This document shows positions 1 through 8,266 of a stretch of 32,000 bases of DNA, piece by piece. The DNA is from Xanthomonas campestris pv. campestris str. ATCC 33913. GTDB lineage: Bacteria; Pseudomonadota; Gammaproteobacteria; Xanthomonadales; Xanthomonadaceae. Position numbers and translations under genes: made by a program. Numbering within the stretch: the stretch's first letter is position 1; each line of letters starts with the position of its first letter. The notes beneath the pieces are model-generated. The model had not been told where the DNA came from, did no database searches, and worked only from the letters and a program-made list of their open reading frames with translations. The DNA is taken from assembly GCF_000007145.1 (NCBI RefSeq), contig NC_003902.1:2124486-2156485 (forward strand), given 5' to 3'.

Positions 1-1233
1 GAGCAGGGTGCCCATCGACACCAGTTCACCCAGCACGCTGAGCGGGATCAACCCCGCCAGTGATGCGGCGACCACCCCCACGATCACGGTGCCGACATAT
101 GGCGTGTGGAATTTCGGGTGCACCTTGCCGAACAGTTTGGGCATCAACCCATCCTTGGCCATGGTGTAGAAGATGCGCGGCTGTGCCATCAGCATCACCA
201 GCACCACCGAGGACAGGCCGGCGATCGCGCCGATCTCCACCGCAGTCTTGAGCCAAGTCAGTTGCGGGTGCGCTTCCAGCGCAGTGGCCACCGGCTTGGC
301 AGTGCCAAGCTGGGTATATGGCATCAAACCTGTCAGCACTGCACACACGATGATGTAGATGATGGTGCACACCGCCAGCGAGCCGAGGATGCCGATCGGC
401 ATGTTGCGTTGCGGGTCCTTGGTTTCTCCAGCCGAGGTCGATACCGCATCGAAGCCAATGTAGGCAAAGAACACGATCGAGGCAGCGCGGAATACGCCGC
501 TCCAGCCAAATACGCCTGGGGCGGTATTTTCGGGAATGAAAGGATGCCAGTTGGCCGGGTCGATATATGCCGCGCCGAAGCCAACAAACAGACAGATCAC
601 TGCGATCTTGATCGCCACGACAATTGCGTTGATGAAGGCCGACTGGGTAATGCCGACATAGCACAACCCACTCACCGCAGCCACGATGAGCACGGCAGGC
701 AGGTTGAGGATGTTGCCAGACGCCACGAATTCGCCATTGATCCAGGCAAGCGGGGCGTTGGTCAGCTCTGTGGGGAACGGAAGACCCAGCGTGCCGGTGA
801 TGAAGCTGATCAGATAGGCAGACCACGCCACCGCGACGCTTGACCCTGCGAACAGATATTCCAGCACCAGGCACCAGCCAATGAACCAGGCGATGCCTTC
901 TCCAAGCGTCGCGTAGGAATACGAGTAAGCACTTCCGGAGACCGGCATCATTGCCGCGAACTCGGCGTAACACAGGCCGGCAAACGTGCAGGCGATACCC
1001 GCGAAGACAAACGACAGCATCACCGCTGGCCCAGCATGGTTGGCAGCCGCCTGGCCGGTCATCACAAAGATGCCTGCGCCGATCACCGCGCCGATGCCGA
1101 GCATGATCAGGTGCTTGGCGGTGAGGGTCCGTTGCAGCGTCGCTTCGCCCTGCAGGCTGCCTTCGACCGGTTCGCCCGCATCCACACGTCCGGCGGGCTC
1201 GATCGGTTTGACCCTCAACAGAGACTTCAGCAT
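1..1233 (-). CDS. APC-superfamily amino-acid permease (cationic amino-acid transporter type); 3' end lies outside the window
   Basis: Own translation of the minus strand from the ATG (complement of 1231-1233, AGGA 8 nt upstream) gives MLKSLLRVKPIEPAG...TLTAKHLIMLGIGAVIGAGIFVMTGQAAANHAGPAVMLSFVFAGIACTFAGLCYAEFAAMMPVSGSAYSYSYATLGEGIAWFIGW... The frame is still open at base 1 (...LAGLIPLSVLGELVSMGTLL). This is a typical APC N-terminal signature. The gene is missing from the supplied track because it has no stop codon in the window. Track ORFs 26..973(-) and 106..843(+) are other frames of this gene. Confidence 0.85.
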   Translation of the reverse strand, partial: MLKSLLRVKPIEPAGRVDAGEPVEGSLQGEATLQRTLTAKHLIMLGIGAVIGAGIFVMTGQAAANHAGPAVMLSFVFAGIACTFAGLCYAEFAAMMPVSGSAYSYSYATLGEGIAWFIGWCLVLEYLFAGSSVAVAWSAYLISFITGTLGLPFPTELTNAPLAWINGEFVASGNILNLPAVLIVAAVSGLCYVGITQSAFINAIVVAIKIAVICLFVGFGAAYIDPANWHPFIPENTAPGVFGWSGVFRAASIVFFAYIGFDAVSTSAGETKDPQRNMPIGILGSLAVCTIIYIIVCAVLTGLMPYTQLGTAKPVATALEAHPQLTWLKTAVEIGAIAGLSSVVLVMLMAQPRIFYTMAKDGLMPKLFGKVHPKFHTPYVGTVIVGVVAASLAGLIPLSVLGELVSMGTLL

Positions 1234-1406
1234 TCGGTACATCCTAAGTGGCAGAACGAAGGCGCGCGCGCCTGGGCGAAGTGTGCGCCGCATCCCGATG
1301 GGACAGGCAAGCGGCCTACCTTGCCAAAGCTACACGCTCACGACAAGCGCGTACGCAGCATGAATGGCGATAATGGTCGCTGGTCCATGACAACCGGGAA
1401 CAATAG

Positions 1407-1958
1407 ATGGTGGATGCACCCCTGCGGCAGCAACTGACGGTCTACCGCGCCCGCTGGCCGAACGAGTCCGAGGTGGCCGACCAGTTCGAGCAACTCCTGG
1501 ACGATGCCACCGATCCGTTCGTGCGCGAGCGTGTCGAAGGTCACTTCACCGGCTCGGCGTGGGTGGTCGGTGCCGATGGCACCCGCACGCTGCTGACCCA
1601 TCACCGCAAGCTGCAGCGCTGGCTGCAGCTGGGCGGCCACGCCGATGGTGACCGCGATCTGGCTCAGGTGGCACTGCGCGAGGCGCAGGAGGAATCCGGC
1701 CTCACCGGGCTGACCCTGGCCGACGGCCTGCTGTTCGACCTGGATCGGCACTGGATCCCGGCCCGTGGCGAGGTGGCCGGCCACTGGCATTACGACGCCC
1801 GCTACGTGGTGGTCGCCGGCGCCGACGAGACCTTCCAGGTCAGCGAAGAATCGCTCGCTTTGGCGTGGCGCCCGATCGCCGAGCTGCTGGCCGACCCGGA
1901 GCTGGATCCGTCGATGCGGCGCATGGCCGAGAAGTGGATGGTGCACGGCGGCAGCTGA
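1407..1958 (+). CDS. NUDIX hydrolase
   Basis: 183-aa ORF with a Nudix box GGHADGDRDLAQVALREAQEESGL (GX5EX7REUXEEXGU pattern). Third-codon positions are GC-rich. It is divergent from the permease gene. Confidence 0.85.
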   Translation: MVDAPLRQQLTVYRARWPNESEVADQFEQLLDDATDPFVRERVEGHFTGSAWVVGADGTRTLLTHHRKLQRWLQLGGHADGDRDLAQVALREAQEESGLTGLTLADGLLFDLDRHWIPARGEVAGHWHYDARYVVVAGADETFQVSEESLALAWRPIAELLADPELDPSMRRMAEKWMVHGGS

Positions 1959-2064
1959 TGCGCCGGCGACGGGCGTTGCCGGGCCGGCTTGCGCGGGCGC
2001 CGAGCGTCCGTTGGCTGGGCGGGCATGGCGGGATTGGGTACCCTTGGGCGCCCGTTGCCTGTCC

Positions 2065-2346
2065 ATGCCCATGTCCCGCACCGCTGCTTCGTTCACTTAC
2101 CGCTTGGCGTTCCGCCCGGTCGACGACCGGATGGACTCGGCCGAACTGGCGCGTACCGTGCAACGGGCGCTGCTGGCGTTGAGCGGGCCGCCGCATGGCG
2201 TGGCGATCGTCAGCCTGCAGCGCCCGCCGCGCGAGGATGGCGACGGCCTGTACATGGAGGCGGTCACCACCGGCCCGGAGCGGTGGTATTTGAAGGCCGA
2301 CGACTATCTGTTGAGCGAGGGCTTGCGCGGCGAGTTGCAGCCCTGA
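2065..2346 (+). CDS. small hypothetical protein (about 93 aa)
   Basis: In-frame ATG at 2065 (alternative at 2071) inside track ORF 1765..2346. The segment MPMSRTAASFTYRLAFRPVDD...YLLSEGLRGELQP has strongly G/C-ending codons and a non-repetitive composition. I recognise no family. The upstream part of the track ORF overlaps the NUDIX gene out of frame. Confidence 0.45.
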   Translation: MPMSRTAASFTYRLAFRPVDDRMDSAELARTVQRALLALSGPPHGVAIVSLQRPPREDGDGLYMEAVTTGPERWYLKADDYLLSEGLRGELQP

Positions 2347-2557
2347 GGGGCTGGGATTCGGGATTCGGGATTCGGGATTGGGGATTGGGGATTCGCAAGC
2401 GCGTACGTCGCGTGATCCGCTCTTGCGCGCTTGTTTTGGCGGTGTGCGCATTCGCTTTTGCGCCACCGCAATCGATCCAAGCCAGATACCTGTCAGAGAA
2501 AGGGCTCGCCAGCGCCGCCACTCTTCCCGATCCCAAATTCCGAATCCCTAATCCCCG
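2347..2557. repeat. palindromic heptamer-repeat element: (GGGATTC/G)x6 left arm, degenerate reverse-complement right arm, about 130-bp core
   Basis: Left arm: GGGGCT plus six tandem 7-mers at 2353-2394. Right arm: CCCGATCCCAAATTCCGAATCCCTAATCCCC at 2526-2556. The core carries a GC hairpin at 2439-2469. The element begins immediately after the small-ORF stop codon and ends 1 nt before the serA stop codon. Confidence 0.8.
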
Positions 2558-3799
2558 TCAGTAGAGAACCCGCGTCCGCAAGGTGCCGGTGATCTGACCC
2601 AGCTCGTCCTTCAACACGCCCGCCAGCTCCTCGCTGGCGCTGACGTCGATCACCACATAGCCCACCTTGGGGTCGGTGCGCAAAAACTGACCATCGATGT
2701 TGAGGTTGTGGCGCGAGAACAGTTCGTTGATCTGCGACAGCACGCCCGGCACGTTGCGGTGGATGTGCAGCAGCCGCAGGCTGTCGGGGTGCTCGGGCAG
2801 GGTGACTTCAGGGAAGTTCACCGCCGACAAGGTGCTGCCGTTGTCGCTGTAGCGCACCAGTTTGGCGGCTACTTCCACGCCGATATTGTCCTGTGCTTCC
2901 AGCGTGCTGCCGCCCACGTGCGGGGTCAGGATGACGTTGTCGTGCGCAATCAACGGGGACTCGAACGCATCGCCATTGCCCTTGGGCTCGATCGGGAACA
3001 CGTCCACGGCCGCGCCGCCGATCTGGCCGGAGGTGAGCGCCGCATCCAGTGCATCGATGTCGATGACGGTGCCGCGCGAGGCATTGATCAGATGCGCGCC
3101 GGGCTTCATGCGGGCGATTTCTGCCGCGCCGATCATGTCCTTGGTGGACGGGGTCTCCGGCACGTGCAGGGTCACCACGTCCGAGCGCGCCAGCAGGTCG
3201 TCCAGGTCGATCGCCGCGCGCGCGTTGCCCAGCGACAGCTTGGTTTCGATGTCGTGGAAAATCACCTGCATGCCTAGCGATTCGGCCAGCACGCCAACCT
3301 GGGTGCCGATGTGCCCGTAACCAACGATGCCGAGCACCTTGCCGCGCGTTTCGTGGCTGCCGGCGGCCGACTTGGACCAGCCGCCGCGGTGGCATTGCGC
3401 ATTTTTCTGCGGGATGCCGCGCAACAGCAGGATGGCCTCGGCGATGACCAGTTCGGCCACGCTGCGGGTGTTGGAGTAGGGCGCGTTGAACACCGGAATG
3501 CCGGCCAGTTCCGCCGCCTCTAGGTCGACCTGATTGGTCCCGATGCAGAAGCAGCCCACCGCGATCAGCCGCTTGGCGTGCGCCAGCACATCGGCGCTCA
3601 AATGGGTGCGCGAGCGAATGCCGACGATGTGCGCCTCGGCGATGCGCGCCTTGAGTTCGTCCTCGGGCAGGGACTTGGCGTGCAGCTCGATCTGCGAGTA
3701 ACCGGCGGCGCGGAACACGTCCACGGCGGTCTGGCTGATGCCTTCCAGCAACAGGACGCGGATGTCCTGCTTGGGAAACGAGGTTTTCTTCGGCGACAT
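2558..3799 (-). CDS. serA: D-3-phosphoglycerate dehydrogenase (long form with C-terminal ACT domain)
   Basis: 413 aa. NAD-binding motif GIVGYGHIGTQVG and the 2-hydroxyacid dehydrogenase core ...NAPYSNTRSVAELV...LTPHVGGST. The C-terminal about 70 aa are ACT-like (LRLLHIHRNVPGVLSQINELF). Confidence 0.95.
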   Translation of the reverse strand: MSPKKTSFPKQDIRVLLLEGISQTAVDVFRAAGYSQIELHAKSLPEDELKARIAEAHIVGIRSRTHLSADVLAHAKRLIAVGCFCIGTNQVDLEAAELAGIPVFNAPYSNTRSVAELVIAEAILLLRGIPQKNAQCHRGGWSKSAAGSHETRGKVLGIVGYGHIGTQVGVLAESLGMQVIFHDIETKLSLGNARAAIDLDDLLARSDVVTLHVPETPSTKDMIGAAEIARMKPGAHLINASRGTVIDIDALDAALTSGQIGGAAVDVFPIEPKGNGDAFESPLIAHDNVILTPHVGGSTLEAQDNIGVEVAAKLVRYSDNGSTLSAVNFPEVTLPEHPDSLRLLHIHRNVPGVLSQINELFSRHNLNIDGQFLRTDPKVGYVVIDVSASEELAGVLKDELGQITGTLRTRVLY

Positions 3800-4006
3800 G
3801 GTGGACGCACTGCAGCAATCGGGCCGGCCACTATGCCAGATGGGGTGGGCGATTTGGCACCCGCAGTGCCTGCGGTGTGACGCCGCAGCCCTTGTGCCGC
3901 AACGGTTTCAGCTGAATCCAACGCTGCGCGTACGCAGGTTGACGCGGCTGGACGGGGCCGGCGCAGGCTGGCACGCTGTGCGGTTCCTACCGCCGCGCTG
4001 CGTGCC

Positions 4007-5425
4007 ATGACCGATCCCCGCATCCTCTCCTTGCAACAGGCCGTCCCCGCGCTGCGGTTGAAGACCGAGCCGGCCGACCTGGAGCACTACGGCCGTGACT
4101 GGACGCGCCGCTGGACGCCGAATCCGCTGGCCATCGCGCTGCCGGGGTCGGTGGAAGAAGTGCAGGCGGTGGTGCGCTGGGCCAACACGCATGCGGTGGC
4201 GGTGGTGCCCTCGGGTGGGCGTACCGGTTTGTCTGGTGGCGCGGTCGCGGCCAATGGCGAGCTGGTGCTGAGCCTGGAGCGGTTGAACAAGCCGCTGGCC
4301 TTCGATGCGGTGGATCGCACGCTCACCGTGCAGGCCGGCATGCCGCTGGAAGCGGTGCACAACGCCGCGCGCGAGCACGGCCTGGTGTACCCGGTGGATT
4401 TCGCAGCGCGTGGTTCGTGCTCGATCGGCGGCAACATCGCCACCAATGCCGGCGGCATCCGCGTGATCCGCTACGGCAATACCCGCGAATGGGTGGCCGG
4501 GCTCAGTGTGGTCACCGGCACCGGCGAGCTGCTGCACCTCAACAATGCGCTGGTGAAAAATTCCAGCGGCTACGACTTCCGGCATCTGATGATCGGCTCG
4601 GAAGGCACGCTGGGCATCGTGGTCGAAGCAACGCTGCGGCTGACCGACCCGCCGCCGCCAAGCAACGTGATGCTGCTGGCGCTGCCGTCGTTCGATGTGT
4701 TGATGCAGGTGTTCGCGGCGTTTCGCGCACAGCTGCGGCTGGAAGCGTTTGAATTTTTCACCGATCGCGCGCTGGAGCACGTGCTGGCGCATGGCGCGCA
4801 GGCGCCATTTGCCGAAGTGCACCCGTACTACGTGGTGACCGAGTTCGCTGCCGGCGATGAGGCGCAGGAAGCGGCGGCGATGGCGGCGTTCGAAGCCTGC
4901 ATGGAGCAGGGCTGGGTGAGCGACGGGGTGATCAGCCAGAGCGATGCGCAGGCGGCGCAGCTGTGGCGCCTGCGCGAAGGCATCACCGAGGCGCTGGCGC
5001 GTTACACCCCGTACAAGAACGATGTGTCGGTGCGGATCTCGGCGATGCCGGCGTTCCTGGCCGAGACGCAGGCATTGCTGCACGACGCCTACCCGCATTT
5101 CGATGTTGTGTGGTTTGGCCATATCGGCGACGGCAACCTGCATATCAACGTGCTCAAGCCCGACGCCACCAGCCAGGCAGATTTCATCACTGCCTGCGAG
5201 CAGGTCACCAAGTTGCTGGCGCAGAGCCTGCAGCGTTTCGACGGCAGCATCTCGGCCGAGCACGGCATTGGCCTGGTCAAGAAACCGTACCTGTGGAGCA
5301 CGCGTTCGGCGGCAGAAATCGCGCTGATGCGCGGCATCAAACATGTGCTCGACCCCCATCTTTTGCTGAATCCAGGCAAGCTGTTCGACATGGACGAGGT
5401 GCCCGGCGCAACGCCTGCCGGGTAG
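4007..5425 (+). CDS. FAD-binding oxidoreductase, GlcD/D-2-hydroxyglutarate dehydrogenase-like
   Basis: 472 aa. FAD-binding PCMH-type motifs VVPSGGRTGLSGGAV and GSEGTLGIVVEATLRL, with a C-terminal FAD-linked oxidase region ISAEHGIGLVKKPYL. It is divergent from serA. Confidence 0.85.
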   Translation: MTDPRILSLQQAVPALRLKTEPADLEHYGRDWTRRWTPNPLAIALPGSVEEVQAVVRWANTHAVAVVPSGGRTGLSGGAVAANGELVLSLERLNKPLAFDAVDRTLTVQAGMPLEAVHNAAREHGLVYPVDFAARGSCSIGGNIATNAGGIRVIRYGNTREWVAGLSVVTGTGELLHLNNALVKNSSGYDFRHLMIGSEGTLGIVVEATLRLTDPPPPSNVMLLALPSFDVLMQVFAAFRAQLRLEAFEFFTDRALEHVLAHGAQAPFAEVHPYYVVTEFAAGDEAQEAAAMAAFEACMEQGWVSDGVISQSDAQAAQLWRLREGITEALARYTPYKNDVSVRISAMPAFLAETQALLHDAYPHFDVVWFGHIGDGNLHINVLKPDATSQADFITACEQVTKLLAQSLQRFDGSISAEHGIGLVKKPYLWSTRSAAEIALMRGIKHVLDPHLLLNPGKLFDMDEVPGATPAG

Positions 5426-5459
5426 TCTCTTCACCACCTCACATGGAATAGACACGCCG

Positions 5460-5753
5460 ATGATGCGCTCCCTGGTGTTTTGTGCGTTGACCTTGCTGCC
5501 GCTGGCAGCCGCCGCATCCAGTCTTGCGGGAACCTCGGCCGGTGCGTCGTCGGCCGGTTCGTCCAACAGCAGTAGTTCCGGCGACGACAAGGTGGTTGCC
5601 GACGCACGCGAAGATGCGGCTGGTTTCGTGGCCAGCGATGGCGCCATCCGCGGTGCGCGGCTTGAAGCGGCATTGCTGCAATTGCGCAGTCGCAGCGATG
5701 CGGCGCGCGTGTCCAGCGACCTGGAACTGGCTCAGTCCATCCTGGCGCAGTGA
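5460..5753 (+). CDS. small exported protein, DUF2388-like
   Basis: 97 aa. Signal peptide MMRSLVFCALTLLPLAAAASS, a Ser/Gly-rich linker, then DAREDAAGFVASDGAIRGARLEAALLQLR...SDLELAQSILAQ. From memory this matches the about 100-aa DUF2388 proteins of Pseudomonas. The family call has not been checked by HMM. Confidence 0.6.
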   Translation: MMRSLVFCALTLLPLAAAASSLAGTSAGASSAGSSNSSSSGDDKVVADAREDAAGFVASDGAIRGARLEAALLQLRSRSDAARVSSDLELAQSILAQ

Positions 5754-7615
5754 ATCGTCGTCGCCGGTGCGCATGGCTGTGGCTGGCCGCAGCGATCGCA
5801 CCGGCGGCGCACGCCCAATCGCAGCGTTCGCCCGTGCTGCAGGTGTCGGTTGTCGCATCGGAGTTGACCCCTTCCGAGCGCGCGGCCAGCCAGGCGCTGC
5901 TGCAGCAGGTCGGACAACGCTTGCCGGCGGGCTGGGTAACGCGCGATGCAGCACCCATTCAATTGCAGTGGCGCCGCGATTTGCCGGCGCAGGTGCATGG
6001 TCGTGCGATCGGCAATCGCATCCTGCTCGATCATGCGCTGTTGGATGCCTGGAGCATGCAGCCCGCCAGCGCACGCACTGACATCAGCGCCCCGGCCACA
6101 CGTGCGGCGATGGCGGCGTTGGTGCATGAATTGGCGCACGTGCGCGACCGTGGAGCGGGCAGTGCGTTGTCGCGCGACCCACGCCTGCGCGATCTTGCCG
6201 GCTGGCAGGTGCGTCCCTGGCGGGTCGGGCGCGGTGCAAACCGCTTCAGCGACCGCAGTCCCGATGCCTACGAGCGGCATAGCCCGGCCGAATTTGTTGC
6301 GGTCAATCTCGAGCATTACGTGCTGGATGCGGACTACGCCTGCCGCCGTCCAGCGCTCGCGGCCTGGTTTTCCGAGCGGCTAGGGCCGCCGCACGCTGCG
6401 GCAGCATGCGCGCCGACCTTGCCGTATCTGCAGGCCGACAACGATGCCGGTGCGATGTCGCTTTTGGCGTTGGATCCGGCGCGGGTCTATGCGGTGGACT
6501 ATCTGCTTGCCGAAGGCAACGAGCAGCCGATGAGTCGCTGGGGCCACGGCATGTTGCGGTTGGTGATCTGCGCGCCCGGCCGCGCGCCAGGGCCGGCGTG
6601 CCGGCTGGATCTGCAATATCACCGCGTGCTGTCGTTTCGTGCCTTCGTCGGCGATGTGCAGATCTCCAGCTGGCGCGGGCTGACCGGCTCGTATCCGTCG
6701 CGGCTGTTCGTGCTGCCGTTGAACCAGGTCATTGACGAATACACCAAAGTGGAATTGCGTGCCCTGTCGTCGGTGCCGCTGGCGTTGCGCCCGGATGAGG
6801 TCGCCGCGCTGCTGACGCGCGCCGCGCAGGTGCACTGGAGCTACGACGGGCGCTATTACTTCATCAGCAACAACTGCGCGGTGGAAACCTACAAGTTGTT
6901 GCACGACGGCGTGCCGCGTCTTGCTGAAGCCGGCGTGTCATCGATCACCCCGCGCGGCGTGCGCCAGCGGCTGCAGCGCGCCGGCCTTGCCGATCTGCAT
7001 GTGCTGGACGACCCCGCGCAGGCCACACGTCAGGGCTATTACTTCGAGTCGGCGGCTGCGCATTATCAGGCCATGTTCGACGTGCTTCGGCGCGGCATTC
7101 CGGTACCGCAGATGAGTGTTGCGCAATGGCTGGATGCCGCGCCTGGCGCACGCGCGCAGTGGTTCGACCGCGGCGGCCTGCGCGAAACCGCAGCTGCATT
7201 ACTGCTGGAGCAGGCCGCGTTACGGCGACAGGAGCTGATTGCGCGCGATGCGCTCAAGCGCCTGTTGCGGCCCGGCATCGCCGAGCGCGCAGCAGTGCAG
7301 GATCAACTGCAAAGCCTGTTCGTCCGGCAGGCGCGGCTCAGTCATCCGGCGGCGCTTCTCGATGGCCCCGGCTACGGATTGCCGCAGTCCGACGAGCAGC
7401 AACGTGTGCGCGCCCAGGTCGCGCAGGCCAGTAGCGGCCTGGCCGATGGCTGGAAGCAATTGCAGGCGTTGGGCCGACAGCAGTTGTCTGCCGAGCTGCG
7501 CGATGATCTGGAACAGAGTGAGGCGAACGTGGAAAGGCTGCGTGCACGATTGCGTGTGCTTGCACAGCCGGTGCAGGCAGTTGCGGCTGTGCCGGAGCAG
7601 GCAATTGCAAAGTGA
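5750..7615 (+). CDS. exported DUF4105-domain protein with an N-terminal HExxH-containing domain and a C-terminal coiled-coil-like tail
   Basis: GTG start at 5750 overlaps the upstream TGA (GTGA). Signal peptide ...AAAIAPAAHA/QS, and HELAH at 6125-6139. The central region MSRWGHGMLRLV...YYFISNNCAVETYKLL resembles the GH..LR / Y.F..NNCA motifs of DUF4105. The last about 180 aa are rich in Ala, Leu, Gln and Arg. Confidence 0.7.
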   Translation: MNRRRRCAWLWLAAAIAPAAHAQSQRSPVLQVSVVASELTPSERAASQALLQQVGQRLPAGWVTRDAAPIQLQWRRDLPAQVHGRAIGNRILLDHALLDAWSMQPASARTDISAPATRAAMAALVHELAHVRDRGAGSALSRDPRLRDLAGWQVRPWRVGRGANRFSDRSPDAYERHSPAEFVAVNLEHYVLDADYACRRPALAAWFSERLGPPHAAAACAPTLPYLQADNDAGAMSLLALDPARVYAVDYLLAEGNEQPMSRWGHGMLRLVICAPGRAPGPACRLDLQYHRVLSFRAFVGDVQISSWRGLTGSYPSRLFVLPLNQVIDEYTKVELRALSSVPLALRPDEVAALLTRAAQVHWSYDGRYYFISNNCAVETYKLLHDGVPRLAEAGVSSITPRGVRQRLQRAGLADLHVLDDPAQATRQGYYFESAAAHYQAMFDVLRRGIPVPQMSVAQWLDAAPGARAQWFDRGGLRETAAALLLEQAALRRQELIARDALKRLLRPGIAERAAVQDQLQSLFVRQARLSHPAALLDGPGYGLPQSDEQQRVRAQVAQASSGLADGWKQLQALGRQQLSAELRDDLEQSEANVERLRARLRVLAQPVQAVAAVPEQAIAK

Positions 7616-7777
7616 GCGGCGACGTTTGCATCCGCGTCGGTTGATGGCGGCATTGCAGGCATTGCGGGTGCATCCGACAGACGAACACGCCCGCGACTTG
7701 AAGGGCTTTAGGCAACTGCGAATGAGTTGACGCTCACAACAGCGCGCATGCCGCGTTGCGCAAACTAACTACAGAGC

Positions 7778-7799
7778 GGACGCACTTTCCAGCGCGTCC
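7778..7799 (-). terminator. candidate hairpin terminator downstream of the efpL-lipoprotein pair
   Basis: On the minus strand GGACGC-GCTGGAAAGT-GCGTCC (6-bp stem) is followed by GCTCTGTAGTTAGTTTG, which is moderately T-rich. It lies about 65 nt after the lipoprotein stop codon. The stem is weak and there is no clean U-tract. Confidence 0.25.
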
Positions 7800-7863
7800 A
7801 GCGTGAGAAAGCGGCTTGGGATCGTCGGGAACACAGCCAGCCGCTACGTCTGCATGGCACGGC

Positions 7864-8265
7864 TCAGCTCGCGGGCTGCAGATCCGCTTGTTTTGCATAG
7901 TTGCGCAGCCACTCGCTGACGCCGGCATCGTTGCGGTAACGCTGCATCAAGGCAGCCAGCTGGGCGGGTGCCGGCGTGCAGTACTGTTCTACGGCCGCTT
8001 CGATTTCGCGGCGGCGCGCGTCGTCGTACGGCTCTTCGCCGGCGAAATGCTCGCAGGTGTCGTAGTCGTCCACCAGCTTGCGCACGTCATCCGGCATGCC
8101 GCACAGGCCGGCCGGATGTTGCAGCCATTCCTCTTCCACCACCGGGTCGGTGCAGGCGAGTGCAGCGGTCACGGGGGCGACCGCCGCAGGGGCGGGCGCC
8201 GGTGCCGGCTCGGCGGTGCAGGCACTCAGCGCCAGCAGCGCGAGCAGGCACAGGATGCTGCGCAT
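7864..8265 (-). CDS. hypothetical lipoprotein
   Basis: 133 aa. Lipobox LALLALSAC in MRSILCLLALLALSACTAEP, followed by an Ala/Pro linker and an acidic domain with 4 further Cys. The start codon is 1 nt after the efpL stop codon. Confidence 0.6.
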   Translation of the reverse strand: MRSILCLLALLALSACTAEPAPAPAPAAVAPVTAALACTDPVVEEEWLQHPAGLCGMPDDVRKLVDDYDTCEHFAGEEPYDDARRREIEAAVEQYCTPAPAQLAALMQRYRNDAGVSEWLRNYAKQADLQPAS

Positions 8266-8266
8266 G

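Noticed and set aside
26-973. Track ORFs 26..973(-) and 106..843(+) at the left edge
   Set aside because: Both are alternative frames of the permease gene. The true frame (codons ending at 1233, 1230, ...) is open to base 1 and gives a textbook APC transporter sequence.
2353-2394. Heptamer arrays considered as a CRISPR array, a coding repeat protein (RIPNPESRIPNP) or a telomere-like repeat (CCCTAA at 2546-2551)
   Set aside because: The units are 7 bp with no spacers, so this is not a CRISPR array. The 'protein' exists in several frames and on both strands only because of the repeat. The telomere resemblance is a single hexamer and coincidental.
3908-5647. 579-aa ORF on the minus strand, the longest 'novel' ORF on the left side of the window
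   Set aside because: It lies entirely antisense to the well-supported FAD oxidase and DUF2388 genes. Its translation is Arg/Ala/His/Gln-rich low-complexity sequence with no recognisable motif. This is typical of a GC-driven shadow ORF.
7616-7863. 248-bp convergent spacer with locally lower GC, considered as a possible sRNA or small gene
   Set aside because: It contains no ORF with coding-like codon bias, no promoter-terminator pair and no recognisable RNA family motif. Only a weak hairpin is present, and it is listed as a low-confidence terminator.
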